From IMG/VR virus record IMGVR_UViG_2084038009_000001, positions 1-5,102 of that record: a DNA stretch of 5,102 bases. One strand, written 5' to 3'. This DNA comes from a virus. Below, piece by piece: positions 5,030 to 5,102 of the stretch. Position 1 is the stretch's first letter. Every line of letters starts with the position of its first letter. The notes below the pieces were generated by a model. It did not search any database. It was not told the origin of the DNA and was given only the letters and a program-made list of their open reading frames with translations. The position numbers and the translations under genes are program-made.

Positions 5030-5102
5030 TGTACTGGTCCTTTTTTTGTTTAAAGTCTGATTCCGCCACGGAATCTTCGTGGGCTTAATGTGTTCATTAC
5101 AT
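4587..5102. repeat. Right copy of the 516-nt terminal redundancy (same as 1..516).
   Basis: Same as the left copy. The repeat covers the N-terminal 443 nt of Rep, the Rep-VP8 spacer and the 3' end of VP8. Confidence 0.95.
5050..5102 (-). CDS. VP8: Wrap-around duplicate of the 3' end of the VP8-like ORF (same as 464..516), truncated by the window edge.
   Basis: Identical to 464..516 at offset 4586. Confidence 0.6.
   Translation of the reverse strand, partial: VMNTLSPRRFRGGIRL

Overview
This window is a complete, circularly permuted genome of a small ssDNA phage (Microviridae, Gokushovirinae-like) plus wrap-around sequence, not a chromosomal locus. Bases 1..516 are identical to 4587..5102, which gives a unit length of 4586 bp. 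Every supportable gene lies on the - strand, so the window is the complement of the coding (viral) strand. In coding sense the order is:
- VP1 major capsid (3990->2395)
- VP2 pilot/minor capsid (2395->1709)
- VP3 internal scaffold (1707->1333)
- a 406-nt non-coding region dense in hairpins and repeats (1332->927)
- a VP5-like small protein (926->669)
- two adjacent perfect hairpins
- a 38-aa basic J/VP8-like ORF missing from the ORF track (580->464)
- the HUH rolling-circle Rep VP4 (5029->4313, also 443->1)

The conserved C-terminal half of Rep continues in the -1 frame (4400->3999). Genes are tightly packed (a TAATG overlap, a 1-nt gap) and each has an AGGA-type Shine-Dalgarno sequence. I see no defence system, integrase, toxin or CRISPR array.

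Points worth a second look:
- the split Rep
- a 25-nt tandem repeat whose core resembles the Rep-binding part of the phiX174 origin
- an adjacent tRNA-like T-arm/acceptor fragment
- the twin hairpins
- an overprinted membrane-like ORF inside VP1

All homology statements rest on recalled family consensus motifs, not on searches.
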